64,000 nt of DNA from Monocercomonoides exilis PA203. Taxonomy: Eukaryota; Protista; Preaxostyla. The notes beneath the pieces are model-generated. The model had not been told where the DNA came from, ran no database searches, and was given only the letters and a program-made list of their open reading frames with translations. Within the stretch, counting starts at the first letter, position 1. Each line of letters begins with the position of its first letter. Both the position numbers and the translations under genes were made by a program. Of this stretch, positions 11,604 to 24,300 are shown piece after piece. The DNA lies in contig LSRY02000052.1 in assembly GCA_001643675.2 (NCBI GenBank), positions 372,001 through 436,000 of the forward strand, given 5' to 3'.

Positions 11604-14078
11604 ATGTCTTATTCTGGATTGCCACAAAAGATAATGGAAGGGGAATGGGACGGAGTTCTGAATGATCTTCAATTTACGGAAATAAAAGCTCTCTTTGTAT
11701 TCGATTTGCTGGAGGAAGTGTGATAAATAAATTTGACTTTTTCATGTTATTTAATAACATACTTTTGGAATAAAAAATTCGATAAAGATTATTAATGAGT
11801 GCTCAGCTATTTCTGAATTTGAAATTGCATGGAAAATTTTGGTTGAAACAGGTAAATGAATTTTAATAACAATTAAATTTATTTTCATTTTCTTTAATTA
11901 GATATGTCGCAATTAAAACATTCAGATCCCCAGAGATACGCAAGACTTTTAATTCGTTTAAGAAATAGAGAAAAAACAGCAAAACTCGAAACTTTCTCCT
12001 CTTGTCGAAAGAAAATCCTCGAAAAATTACTCGAAGAAGTTAATGCTATGAACAAAGGAAAATGTTCTTCTTCTTTTTCAACTTTTATCAAAGAATTTGA
12101 GCAGAAACCCTCGAAAAGAAGCCTTCAGCATACATCTTTCCCTTCTCAAAAAGAAACAAGCAAACTTCCGCCTATAAGATTATGCCATCACATTGCCTTA
12201 GTTGGGAATATGAGCGCATTTCAACCTGAAGCTTCACGGACAGCACATAAAAGAAATCCCTATTCATTTGCTTCTCTTTGTGCATCTAGTCTGATTTTCT
12301 CTTCAACTGGAATGACACTTATTATAGGTACAAATGATGGAAGAGTAGCTGAATTTGATTGCAACAGTGCTCAGAAACTGAAGGAGCTTGGAGTTAACAG
12401 TTCACTCTTTTTAATGGCAGGACGCAAAAAGGAACAAGAAGTTCAAAAGAAGAAAGAGGAAATTGGGGAAGTGAGACGAGGAGAACAAGGAAGAATTATA
12501 ACTTCTATGAAATTTTCAAAGGACGGAGAAATTTTTGGATGCGGAGATAACAAAGGAGATGTGTTTTTATTTGACTGGAAAATGGGAATATGTGCAAGAG
12601 CATTTCACGCTGACGAAAAGAAGAAAGAAAGCAAAAAGGTGCATTCAATGGAGTATAATTGCAAGTCAGAAGATCCCTCGAAGGAAGAACCCGAGCTTGA
12701 AGCAGACCATCCTGCCATAACTTCACTGTGCTTCAGCAAAGACGGTTCACATGTGCTTTGTAGCACCTCCTTTTATCAGCCCAACGCGCACCTCCTTCGC
12801 AACACCTCCTCAACAGCAACGTCATCCCAGTCTGTTGCATTGTCATCTGGATTTTCCAGCACTGCGCTTCAGGAAGTGATTGACGGGTATGTGTGCTATT
12901 ACTCATTGCCTGAAAATATCATAAAGCGAAGACTCTCTGCTACAAGCGGTGATTCCTCGTGCTTGTCTTCTGAAAAATCTGGCTGGGGCAATCGCCACAG
13001 CGTTTCAGAGGGCATCTCCATCGACTGTGTCTGCTTTTCTGGAGACTGGAAAGCAGCAGTCGGTGGATGCAGCGACGGAAGAATAAGAATCTGGGAGATA
13101 AAATCGCAGCTGCAAATCACAAACATATTAATTCCTCAGTTCGCCACTTATCAGCTGACTTCTTCTGGCTCAGCAAGCAGTACAGCATCCAGTTCGAAAA
13201 CTCAATCACATTCTAATTGGAGAAGAGGTAGCGAGAGCATTCATCGGCCAATTCGGTGGGTTGAAGCAGATCCGCTTCAGAAGGATCAGATTCACGTTAT
13301 GGGCGAGACAGGCACAATATGCACAGTCACTCTGAAAGGGGCTGTTGTGTCGCAAAGTGTGCTTCCTCCGATTCCGAAGCATGTCCCTTTGCAGAAGCAG
13401 CTGAGCATCGATGGCGATGAAATCGAGGGAAGTTCAACAGGTCGCCCCAATGAAACTGCAGTTGACGAAGGCTTACTTTCAGAAGCTGCTCAGAAAAGCA
13501 AGAAAACTTCGGCACGAGGTGTGATTGAAGAGGAAGAAGACGCAGTTGTTTCTGGATGCTTTCTCAACGAATGCTCCATGTTTGTCGGTGCCAGCGAGAA
13601 TGGAGTAATTCGAATGGCACAAATATCAGTCACTTCTCCATCTCCAGCATTTTTGGCTGCGTGGCCGTCTCAGCTCGAAGTGCAATACCAGCGCGATGGA
13701 TTTGCAGCGACTGAACATTATGCAGTTGTTTCAGCTGGAGTAGGGCGAGCACTTTCTATTGCTGCACATCCATCACTTGGCGTGGTTGCTATCTCTGGAA
13801 GAAAGGGAGCTGTAGAGATATGGGTGCCTGACAAATCCGAAGATGGGAAACCAAAGGTGGAGGACATTGGAACAGATATTGAACAATTTAAGGAAGAAGA
13901 CAACCTTTTGAGAACTCAAGAAGAATTATCTGAAAATTTGTTTGAAGGGGAGCAAATTTCGAAACAAATAAAAAAGAACACGTCTATTGAAGAAGAAACT
14001 TATGAAGACGAAGATGACAAATGGTCGGCCTTATTGTCTACAAGAATCGATTCAAAGAAGAGGAAACAAACAGGTTGA
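11604..14078 (+). CDS. SMU1: WD40-repeat spliceosomal protein SMU1 (CTLH + WD40), divergent; 3 exons
   Basis: Exons 11604-11717, 11788-11851 and 11902-14078 join in frame via GT-AG introns. The N-terminus 'IMEGEWDGVLNDLQ...FDLLEEIINE...MSQLKHSDPQRYARL' matches the SMU1 CTLH region. The C-terminal 'SIAAHPSLGVVAISGRKGAVEIWVP' matches SMU1's last WD repeat. Confidence 0.75.
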
Positions 14079-14132
14079 AAACGATTTTTTAAATGTTAAA
14101 CAATTTTTAACCCCATAATAATATATCAATTA

Positions 14133-15454
14133 ATGTCTTTGCAGTCATTATTTGATTCTTGGAAGATTGAAAAGGGCGACATCATTTCGTTTGTTGGAGG
14201 CTTGAATTAATTTAAATTAATAACAAGCTGAAATTAGTAAATTGTTTTTCATACTTTTTAATTATCAAATATGACAATTTTTGACGTTTTCATATTAACA
14301 GGAGGTGGAAAATCGACAAGTTTGATGATACAATAATAGTTCTTATAACAAAAAATTTAACGTTCCAGCAATGAGAAAATTAGCTCATTACATTTCTGAT
14401 AAACTTGGGTGGAAAGTGATAATGACAACAACAACAAAAATAGGTGCAGATCAAGCTGAAGGAGAAATCATATTTTATGAAGATTTGAAACAAATGAAAG
14501 ATGCAATATCTTCATATTTCAAAAGTGATTCATGCACCAATCATTTGTTAACTATTGGCCTAAAATGCAATGGGTATTTTCTTTAAAAATCTATTTTTTG
14601 TATAATATAATCAAATTATATCAATACAGCCGCAAGATAATTGGAATTTCACCAGAATGGGCTGACGAGCTTATTGGTATGATATTTTTGGAGTTTTTTC
14701 CTTTTTTATCTTTATAATTTTAGAGACGACTGATGTACTTCTTGTTGAAGCTGATGGAGCAGCAATGTGTCCTTTAAAAATGAGTGCATTTTTTGAGCCC
14801 GTCATGCCTCTTAGAACAACTCATGTTGTTGTTTGCGTCGGAGCTGATTCAGTCAATAGACAAATCAAGGATAAATCTGTTCACAGACCGCTTCTATTTT
14901 CAGATGTTCTTTCAAAGCCAATGAATTCAACGCTTCTTGTCGAAGACGTAGCGAAAATAGTAATTTCTCCAAATGGGCATTTTAAGGGTTTTTTTGCACT
15001 TCATCCTGCGACTTGTAACTCGACATTTTTGACCATGGGAAGACTCTCTTCGACCCCTCCTTTTTTCATCAGTGGCCAGCCTTCATTTGTCGTGTGCACT
15101 AAAGCAGAACAAGTGACAGACGCGTCTTCCTCATCTGTTCTCTCCAAATCTGATGATGATTCTGCATCATCTTCACTTCAGCACATATCCTGTGAAAACC
15201 ACCTTCGTCTATCTGTTTTGATCAATCAAAAAAACACCTTTTCAGAAGAAGCTGCTCAGTTGTATGAATGTTTGACAGAACAGCTTTTCCACAAAGATGC
15301 TCATTCTTCGACTTTCCCATCAAAATTATCAAAACCTACAAATCAGCTTTCTCATCCTCTGCTCGAACAAATCAAAGGAACACCGACCACAATTGGTGTG
15401 ATTTCTCCAGCTTCTGATGAGCTGCTGTTGATGAAAAATGATATAATTTCTTGA
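14133..15454 (+). CDS. yqeC: YqeC-family protein (selenium-dependent molybdenum hydroxylase accessory protein), 5 exons, ~355 aa
   Basis: Exons 14133-14199, 14302-14319, 14369-14573, 14630-14676 and 14724-15454 total 1068 nt in frame. They give IISFVGGGGKSTTMRKLA...KVIMTTTTKI...KIIGISPEWADEL...DVLLVEADGAAMCPLKM...EPVMP...VGADSV...VHRPLLF, the YqeC motif series in the correct order. Confidence 0.85.
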
Positions 15455-16177
15455 GCTTTGACATCATAATTTAGAAATTTGTTTAACCTCGTTGTTTTTT
15501 ATTCGGGCAACTAATACATATTGTGCGACGAATAAATGAAACTCTTAAGACTCATTTGACAGATGACAGAAAAGATTCATCAAAATAAAATGTTCAAAGA
15601 AAAAGGTTAAAAAAAGTTTAAGTGAAAAAGATAAAAAAAAAGTAAATAAAAAATTAAGTTAGGCAGAGATTCAAAGAAACACCGTAAATATTGAAAAAAA
15701 TACTCATTATTTTCTTTCGTAAATCAAAAATAATTCCATCAAATAAGGCAAACTTTCTTGAAAACATTCGCCAAAAAGAAAAGGAATGATCCATTTGGCA
15801 AAGAACAAATGAACTAAAAAACAAGATAAATTGTCAGAAAACAAGCAAACACACAAAAACTCAACATTTGTATTTAATAAAAGATAAATCCACTTATCAG
15901 AGGCAAAGACAGAAAAAAAAAATCAGCTCATCAAAGAAAAAATAAAGTAAGCCTTCTTTAAAAAAAACAAACTTTAAATCCTAAAAAAATAATTAAAAAA
16001 AAAAAAAGGTTAAAGAAAGCAAAATAAAAGCAAATAACATTAACACGCTTATAAAAAAAACTTAAAAAATAAGACCAAAACTCACAAAAGAATATTTACC
16101 AAAACACACTCTATATGATAAAGGAAAGAAAAGTACTCTTCATTTGAAAGCAATACGAACTCTGAAATCAAGAAAAA

Positions 16178-17769
16178 CTACAACTGTTCCTGTGTCAGCT
16201 TCTTAGCGCTCTTTGTCACAGGGCAGTCCTTTGAGATATGGCCTCTCATGCCACAAACAAAACAAACTCTGGTGTCTTGGAACGTGCATTCTTTCGAAGA
16301 ATGCCCCATCCGCCCGCAGCGGAAACAGGAGTGTCGGGAGATAAAAAGCTCTTTGTTGTGGTGAGGGCAGTGGATGAACATATGTCCTTTCTGTCCGCAA
16401 TGGTAGCAACGCTCCCCTTGAGCACGCCGGCAGAGCTTCGCATTGGCACTTGCATTTTCAGTTGAATCATCCACTTTTTCTCCTTCGGCACCTGCCCCTT
16501 CATCAGCATGAGCGATGCTCTGCTCATGCTTTTTGGATTTTTGATATTCTTTGTGCATTTTTTGTAGCAAACGTTTGATATCTCCTCCTTTTTCTTCTGA
16601 AACAAGAGATTCCCCGTTGAATGCAAACTTCTTTCCTAAATCATCTGTAGCCTTTTTATCAATATCATCATATTCTGCCTCTTCTTCAACGAATGCTGTT
16701 TCAGAAAGTTCACCACGCACAACTCCATGTTGTTTGCTTGATTCGTCTTCATTTTCTGTTCTTTCTGAGAATCCATCTTTTGCTGGAACAGGAATTCTTC
16801 CAAAGAATTCGCCCTCAGAATAGTTTCCATCAGATCCAAAAGAACTTCCAGACAAAACAACAGAAGTGCGCGTGAAAGTCACTTCACTCATCGACTGAGC
16901 AGCTAAAGTGGATGGCTGATAAACAGGAGCTGTTGCAACAGTGACCACCGACTGCCCGAGAAAAGGTGGTTTTAATGTGACTGTTTTTCCGTGTGAATCA
17001 ACGAACGAGGTGAACACTGGAGGAGGAAGTGTGTGCTGTGGCTGGCGCGGATTCACGATCTGAGGCTGTATTTGGATTGGAGTGGATACTTGTGTTTGTA
17101 TCTGTGACTGGGGCAAAGGCAAAGCTTGGAGTTGAGGTTGGAGCTGGAGCTGGGACAGGGTTTGTGGCTGGGGCTGAGGCTGTGCTTGAGGCAGGAACTG
17201 ATACGCTGGTTGAAGATGCAGCTGCGGAGTAAACTTAAAGGCAGGTTGTTGTTGTTGTTGTTGTTGCTGCTGCACCAAGACGGGCTGAGCGTATGGAGCA
17301 AATGGCTGTGTGTAATTAACAGGCTGGCCAACAGAAAGAGTCGGAGTGAAGACTGGACAGGACTGTACACTAAGCGGAGAGAGTTGGGCAGAAGCAAAAG
17401 AGGAGTTCATTGGCTCTGGATTTGTGCAGATTTGAAGAGCATCTGCCTGCGACGGTGGGAAAGTGCTCTTGGCTATCTCATAAGGCACATTTACGGTAGC
17501 ATATGAGCTAATCGAAGGAGTGAAACAGAACGAATCACTTGTGCTGTTCGGATGCGCAGGGTCAACAAACGAAGGGGCAGACACAGCAGATGACTGCAAC
17601 TTGAACTGACCAAAAGAAGAAGAAGGAGAAGAAGAGACATCAGGGAAAGATGCAACGTTGTCTTGTGGAGCACAAAATGATGACTTTACAGATGGGGCTG
17701 AGGAAAATTGCGCAAACGGAGGGAGGGATGGAATTACAGGAGCATCTCTATTCTCATTCTCATTAAGTG

Positions 17770-17800
<31 letters not shown>

Positions 17801-20800
17801 TACAGAGGCAGAAATAACATCATTTCCTTCAGATAAGGTTGGAGCAATAGCTGAGAGAGGAAGAGAAGGAAGAGAAGGAAGAGGAGAAAGTGTAGGCGAA
17901 GGAGAACTGGGATGCTCTTTGATCTCTTTTTCAGATGACAGTTTGGAAGAATTAACTGAAATAGTGGAAGAACCATCTGTGAATGCCAACGATGACAACA
18001 AAGGCACTTCATTCGACTGAGCCCCAGGCGAAAGTGCAGTTGCGACTTCAGCCTGGTCTGAGGGCAGCTGTGATATCAGCTCAGACGCACTGCGGATGGA
18101 GGCATTGGGAGACGATGACTGCGAAGCCGATCGGCGGCGCTTGCGATGGCGCCGGCGGAGAAGAGACGACGAAAGAGAGATAGAAACATCAGACTCATCG
18201 TCGGAATCAGACGAAGACTCAGAAATCTCTTCTTCAGCTGCTTTTATTGTCTTTACTGTTTCCACTGCTTCTTCATGTGATACTGTTTTGTTGATCGGTT
18301 GTTCAGTATTGTTGTTGACAATGCCATTCTTGCTGTTATCACAAAGCTCAACAATTGCTTTGTTGCTGTCTGATACATCCAGCGTTATTGGAGAGGTATG
18401 TCGGAGCGATGATTTCGAACAAATATCAGAACATCCACAAACAATACCATCATCCTCAACTTCCTCTTCAACAGATGATTCACTTTTCAAAACAAGATCT
18501 CCATCAGATAAATCAAATCGATCCTTTTTTATTGAAAGATCACAGGCATCTAACGATGGCTCTTGGTTGCCTGCTTTTTCAGCAACGGAGCTGTCACAAA
18601 GCACAAGCTCTTGGGTCACATCAGCAGCAATACGCACATCATTTACATTTACATCTTTGGAAGCCAATTCTTCCTTTTCTTCAGACAATTGATTTCCATT
18701 ACATTTTACAGAACTGAAATTTTCAATGATTTCAGTGAGCTTTTCATAATCTTCATTCAAATCAGATTCTTTTCTTTCCGAAACCAGTACAAGTGGGCTA
18801 CTATCCAATTCAATCTCTTTTTTTGTCTGTTCACTGACAACAGCAGACATATCAGAAGCCACTTCGCCAACATCCTCTGGATTGAGCTGTTCAATCAGCT
18901 GCAGCGGCTGAGACATTGTGGAATCCATTGACAGCATCCTCTTCTTCCTCTTCTTTTTCTTCTTCTTTGAACCATCTTCGTAAATAAACTCAATCACTTC
19001 CTCGTCTTCCTCTGCTCCTTCTTTGTTGTCTTCTCCTTCTCTTCTTCTCTTCTTTATCTTTCGCACAATCCTCTGCAATGCTATTTCCTCTATCTTATCT
19101 CCTATTTGCGCACTTTCCATTGATCCTTTGCTGCTAACAGATCCAATTCCAGCTGCGGAAAACGACGAAGACACAGACGACTGCACACACTCAGCCAACT
19201 GCATTCGCTCAGACAGATCAGATGGACTGTCTAAACAGTTGTTGATCTGAACAACAGAAGCATTTACATTCGAAACAGACGAATTCACAGCCAATAAGTT
19301 TGGTTTGCTCGGTGCAAGCTGATCGTCTTTGAAAGGCGACTGGGCGGAATGCAACGTGTCAAAGTGGCAGAACGAAGGCGACACGGCAGACAGCTCAGCA
19401 CAGCTGTCGTATTCGTTGATTGAGAGTGAGTGCATTGCCTGAGACGAGCGCGGTGAGAGGGAGCTGCCACACGAGGACGAGACATCTGAAGAGAAGGCAG
19501 CTCCTTCCTCTGATGCCGGCAGAGTATTGGACTGAGACACACTCAATGAAGAGTTCAATGAAAATGCCTTTCGTGTGATTGTGTCAGTCAGAAGAAACGA
19601 GTTACTTGACGATTGCAGTGTAAGCTCATTGGACGGAAGAAGGCTGAAGCCACTTGCAGCATCTGCTGTTGTGCTTGGTGCCAATGCAAAAACTGTGCCA
19701 GAAGGTGCATTTTCAGGAGAAGAAGACGATGAAGAAGAATGCGATGGAGAAGAAGGAGAAACAGAACGAAAAGAAGAATTTTCTGCTCCGGCAGCAGTTG
19801 TGGCAGGCGCAGGAACCGAAGCGCGTTTTGACTCTTCTTCTTCAGCATATGCAAAGCTGTGTGGAACTGAGGCTGACAAAAGAGGCGACAACGGATTTGG
19901 ATAAGCAGAAGGCGACACTGAATTCTCTGTTGCACTTTGGAGAGCCGACTGAAAAGATGAAGATGACGACGATGGATCTGCCAGATACGAAGGATACGAA
20001 GAAGCCGAAGAATACGGAATGGTCTGAAATTCAGTTGCTGTCTTTGAAGACGATGCAATATCATTTGAAGGAATCTGAAGTTCTATTGTTTGCTTTGACA
20101 CAGGTGAAACAGACGATTCTTCCGAAAGAGAATGAAAACAGCGTGCGGACGGGGACAAGGCTGAATGAACAGCCGAACGGTAAGGAAAGCCTCCATATAC
20201 AAACGTATTTACAGCAGGTTTAACAGATGAATTAGCATCTACAGAAAATAAAGGATGCACAAGAAGTTCCGCGGCTGTTGGCCTCATTGAAGAATCTGTT
20301 ATAGTGCAATCTTTTATAAAACTGAGCATTTTTTCAGAGCAATTTATATACGGAAGTGGAAGATTTTGTTGGAATTTTAAATTCTGTAAGTAGTTTGGCA
20401 AGTTTTGATACGAGATATTTACAAATGGATGTGTTCCATTAAGTAGCTCGATTGCAGTGATTCCCAACGACCATATGTCCGACTTAACATTTGCATCTGT
20501 GTCGCTTGCAACTTCTTCTGGAGCAGACCAAGGAGTGATTATCTGCATCACACCACGACCAATTGTTTGTGGAAACGATAAAAGACGGCTGGTTCCAAAA
20601 CAAGATAAGAAAATGTCACCATTACATGTAATTATAATATTTGACGCATTAAGCACAGCATATCTCTTTCCAGCGGTATGAAGATGAGCAAGGATCACGA
20701 GTATTTCAAAAAGCATTTTTGAAACTTCTTTTTCTGAAAATGGACCTTTTTGAGATAAAACTTGTTTTGCAGTATTTGAGTGATAGTCAACAACTATCCA

Positions 20801-21141
20801 TGTTTTATCTCCAACTATCAGACTTCCGCGAAACGGAACTATTCTAGGTATTTTATTCCGTGCCAAAAAATCAAGTTCTGCTCGTAATTCATGTGCATTC
20901 TCCCCCAGCAAAGAATTTGATATGGCCAATATTGCACAAAGAGTTCCACTTAACTTGTGAAAACTGAATTAGGTTATTCAAACAAAACAAAACCAAAAAA
21001 TTTTAACGTTGTAAATAAATTTTTTAAGCATTTCTTTTTTAAAAAATCAACACAAACGCTTGAAAGTAACTAACCAAATTTTCTGGATGTGGATTTTCCA
21101 ATATGTCAAAAAAATTTGAAACGCTGGATTGATGGATATCC
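16178..21141 (-). CDS. STE20/MST-like pseudokinase with long low-complexity linker and three C-terminal CCHC zinc knuckles; start codon unresolved
   Basis: Main exon 20963-16178 plus a likely upstream exon 21141-21058 (FFDILENPHPENLVSYFQA|FHKLSGTLCAIL). Kinase motifs TPWSAPE, KSDIWSLGITAIEL and RPTAAELLVHP. Knuckles CYHCGQKGHMFIHC, CFRCGRMGHSSKEC and CFVCGMRGHISKDC at 16408-16223. Confidence 0.8.
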
Positions 21142-21355
21142 CTGAGGCAAAAGAATAAACAGATATCACAAAACAACGAGAAGCAATAATAACATATTCA
21201 ATATAATTGAATACAAACATGCAACAGCACAATTATTTGCAAATATGTTTCGGAGTAATTCTAATAAAACGGATCCTAAATTTGATCTTATAACCTTAGT
21301 TTACTTTGAAAAAATACGATCATATTATTCCCGATTATATCAATTTCCTTTGTGA

Positions 21356-24300
21356 ATGTTCAGAACGCCGAATTCGTCAGCGCTTCAGTCGTCAATTTTT
21401 CGGCTAATTACAGCAAGCGATGTGCATTCCATAGTGCTGACTTGCATCATGACCCATCTTAACCGAAATGATGCTGCACAAATTACCTCATTTCATGATT
21501 CTTTGTACAAGTCATCACCAGCTGCAAATTTACAATCAATAAAAGAGTACATTCAAAAGTTTGTTTTTTTTAGAAATTTTAGTTTCGAAATTTCAATGAA
21601 AACTTGCCTTTTTGTTGATTAATTTAATTTTAAAGATTGATGAAATCAATGATGTGCAGCCCTCTTTGCTTTATCTTTTCGATGATTTACTTAGACCGCC
21701 TGCATAAAAGTCGATGCTTGATACTTACGACCCCGACTGCGCATCGTGCAATTCTTGTGAGGTTTATTTTGATATAATTTATCTTTTTTTAGAAATTTAT
21801 TTTTTTAAAGCACTGTAATTGCTATAAAATATTTGGACGATCGTTATTTTTATAATACATATTACGCAAATCTCGGAGGATTAACTGTTTCGGAATTTAA
21901 CAGACTTGAAGTCGATTTTCTATCAAGATTAAGATTTCATCTATTTGTTGAGAATAAAGCGTGCGAAAATTTTCTGACGAGATTGAAAAATTATACAGAC
22001 AGCTTGCGAACAATTAGTCCTTCTTTATCTGTAAATCATTCTCCTCCTTCTCCATCCCCATCGCAAAAGGCTATAACAAGCCCGAATTCAGATGCGTCAC
22101 AAAATCAAAACGATGGCCAATCACCTTCCACATCATCACAATCTGCGTCTCGCTCATCTGCAAATCCTTCATCTTCGTCTCCAACACCACCATCAGCTGG
22201 AATATCTCCAACTTCTCAGGATTTTGCCTCTCCACCTAGATACAATTCACCAATTATTGTTCATACTCAGTCGGCGCCTCGCTCAAACTCTTCGGCTAAC
22301 TGTCAAGGATTTCCTCATTCGTCAGGAGGAGCAAATGCCCAATCACCATTTGGCTCCTTGGCTCCATTTGGGATGCCTTATCTTCTTTTCCCACCTTCTG
22401 GGCCACTTCCCATTTCGCAGCAGATCCCATCAAATCGATACAATCGGCAGTCACAAGGGTCTTCTTCTCAGGGTGTGTCTGTTGGGAATGTGATGCCACT
22501 GGGTGCGTCTTCTGCGTCATCTGTTTCCTCTGTCTCTGTGGCTGAACAGATTCCGTCTGTGGTGCCCATCGCAGGTGTTGCTGGAAACCCTCCACTGACA
22601 GACTTCACTACACTTCTAACACAGATGACGCAGGCTTTCCTACCTCCCCCATATCCCCCTCAAATAGCACCATTCTTTTCACCTTCTGAGCTATTCCACC
22701 ACACAAATCACTCATCACGCTCAACCTCTTCTGCTCTTTCATCCTATTCCTCCACGCCCTCTTCTTCCTCTGGCTCTTCCTCTTCCTCAGCATCAGTCTC
22801 TCTTGCATCACCTTTGTCTGCTCTGTCCGCCTCATCGCTGGCACAGCTGTCGTCTTCTGCCAACGGCGTTGCTGGACTGGCAATGATGATGGATGCACTC
22901 ACCAGCGATGCCTGTATGGCTCCTCATACAAACCCTCATTCACGCTCTTCTCTGTCTGCTTTGTCTTCCTCCTCCTCTTCCTCTTCTGTAGCTGCACCTC
23001 ACAACAACTCCATTTCAGTTGCTGGCACTTCTTCTGCTGGGATAGCGTCTTCTTCGATGTCTCATCCTTTTTCACACACACAATTCTCTTCATTCGCACC
23101 TGTCAACGAGCCTTTCAATTCAACCATCGAAAACCCAACTCTTTTGCAGCCTTTGTCAAGCGCCATTTCAGCTTCGCTATCATCGCATCAGTCTTCAAAG
23201 ACATCTTTGCTTTCTTCTTCGTCGTGTTCATCTTCTTCTTCTTCAAATACACATGATTCATCATCATCTTCTTCTTCTTCTTATTCATCCACTTCATCGT
23301 CCCATCCACCAAATGAAGGCAATTCACTTTCGAATTCTCAAAAATCATCTCATTCAGCTGGTGACAGAACTGATAAGAACAACCAAAAACCATCTAATTG
23401 TTATTCTTTGTCTTCGTCTGCAGCATCTGAATATGACAACAACAACAACAACAACAATAATAATAACAAGCAGACATCAACATCATCTGAAATGAGCAAA
23501 GGAAAGAAAGCAGAAGCTGAAAGTGACACTGCACTCACATCATCATCATCGTCGTCGTCATCAGCTTCTTCTTCTTCTTCTTCTGCGCCTGCATCTGCAT
23601 CATCATCTCATAACACATCATCCACTTCACAAGGATCTGCTTCTTCTGCTGCTTCTTCTTCAACCTCATCCTCATCCTCATCTTCCTCTTCCTCTTCAAC
23701 CACAACAGCTGCTCCTTCATCTTCATCATCATCATCAATTTTATCCACATCAAAACTCTCATTCAGAGCACGCCCATTCATTTCCCAACTCCACTCAACT
23801 AAAAGCACTAAAAGTTCATCCACAAAGAAATCATCATCATCATCTTCTTCTTCTTCTTCTTCCTCGTCTTCTGCTTCTTCATCTTCTTCATCCTCATCCT
23901 CATCATCTTCTTCTTCCTCTTCTTCTTCAACGCACAAATCGTCCACCACCAAACCCCACACCACATCTCGCCATCGCCCCCATGAAGATGAGCCCTTCTT
24001 CTCTAATTCTCCCTCTCAATCTCTGTTTTTTCCAGACGAAACACAATTTTATGCGCTTCCAGTGACAGACGCACCATCTAATGGAATGTCATCTTCTATG
24101 AGTCCATCAGGCATCAACACAACATCTTCATCAGTTTCTGAAGGGAATGGATCAACATGTGCAGACAATGCGATGGATGATAAGAGATTAGTGCATTCAG
24201 GGAAGAACGAAAGGCAGGAGAAGCTGTTTGGGAAGGAGGAGGAAGGAAGGAGAAAGGATATGGATGCACATCGTGAAGGAGAGAGAGGGAAAGAGAGAGA

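Noticed and set aside
15452-15560. Selenocysteine read-through of the yqeC TGA or a SECIS element
   Set aside because: The TGA lies after the conserved domain and no convincing SECIS stem-loop is visible.
16223-16408. Zinc knuckles as a retrotransposon gag remnant
   Set aside because: They are in frame with a cellular kinase-like ORF, and no protease, RT, integrase or LTRs lie nearby.
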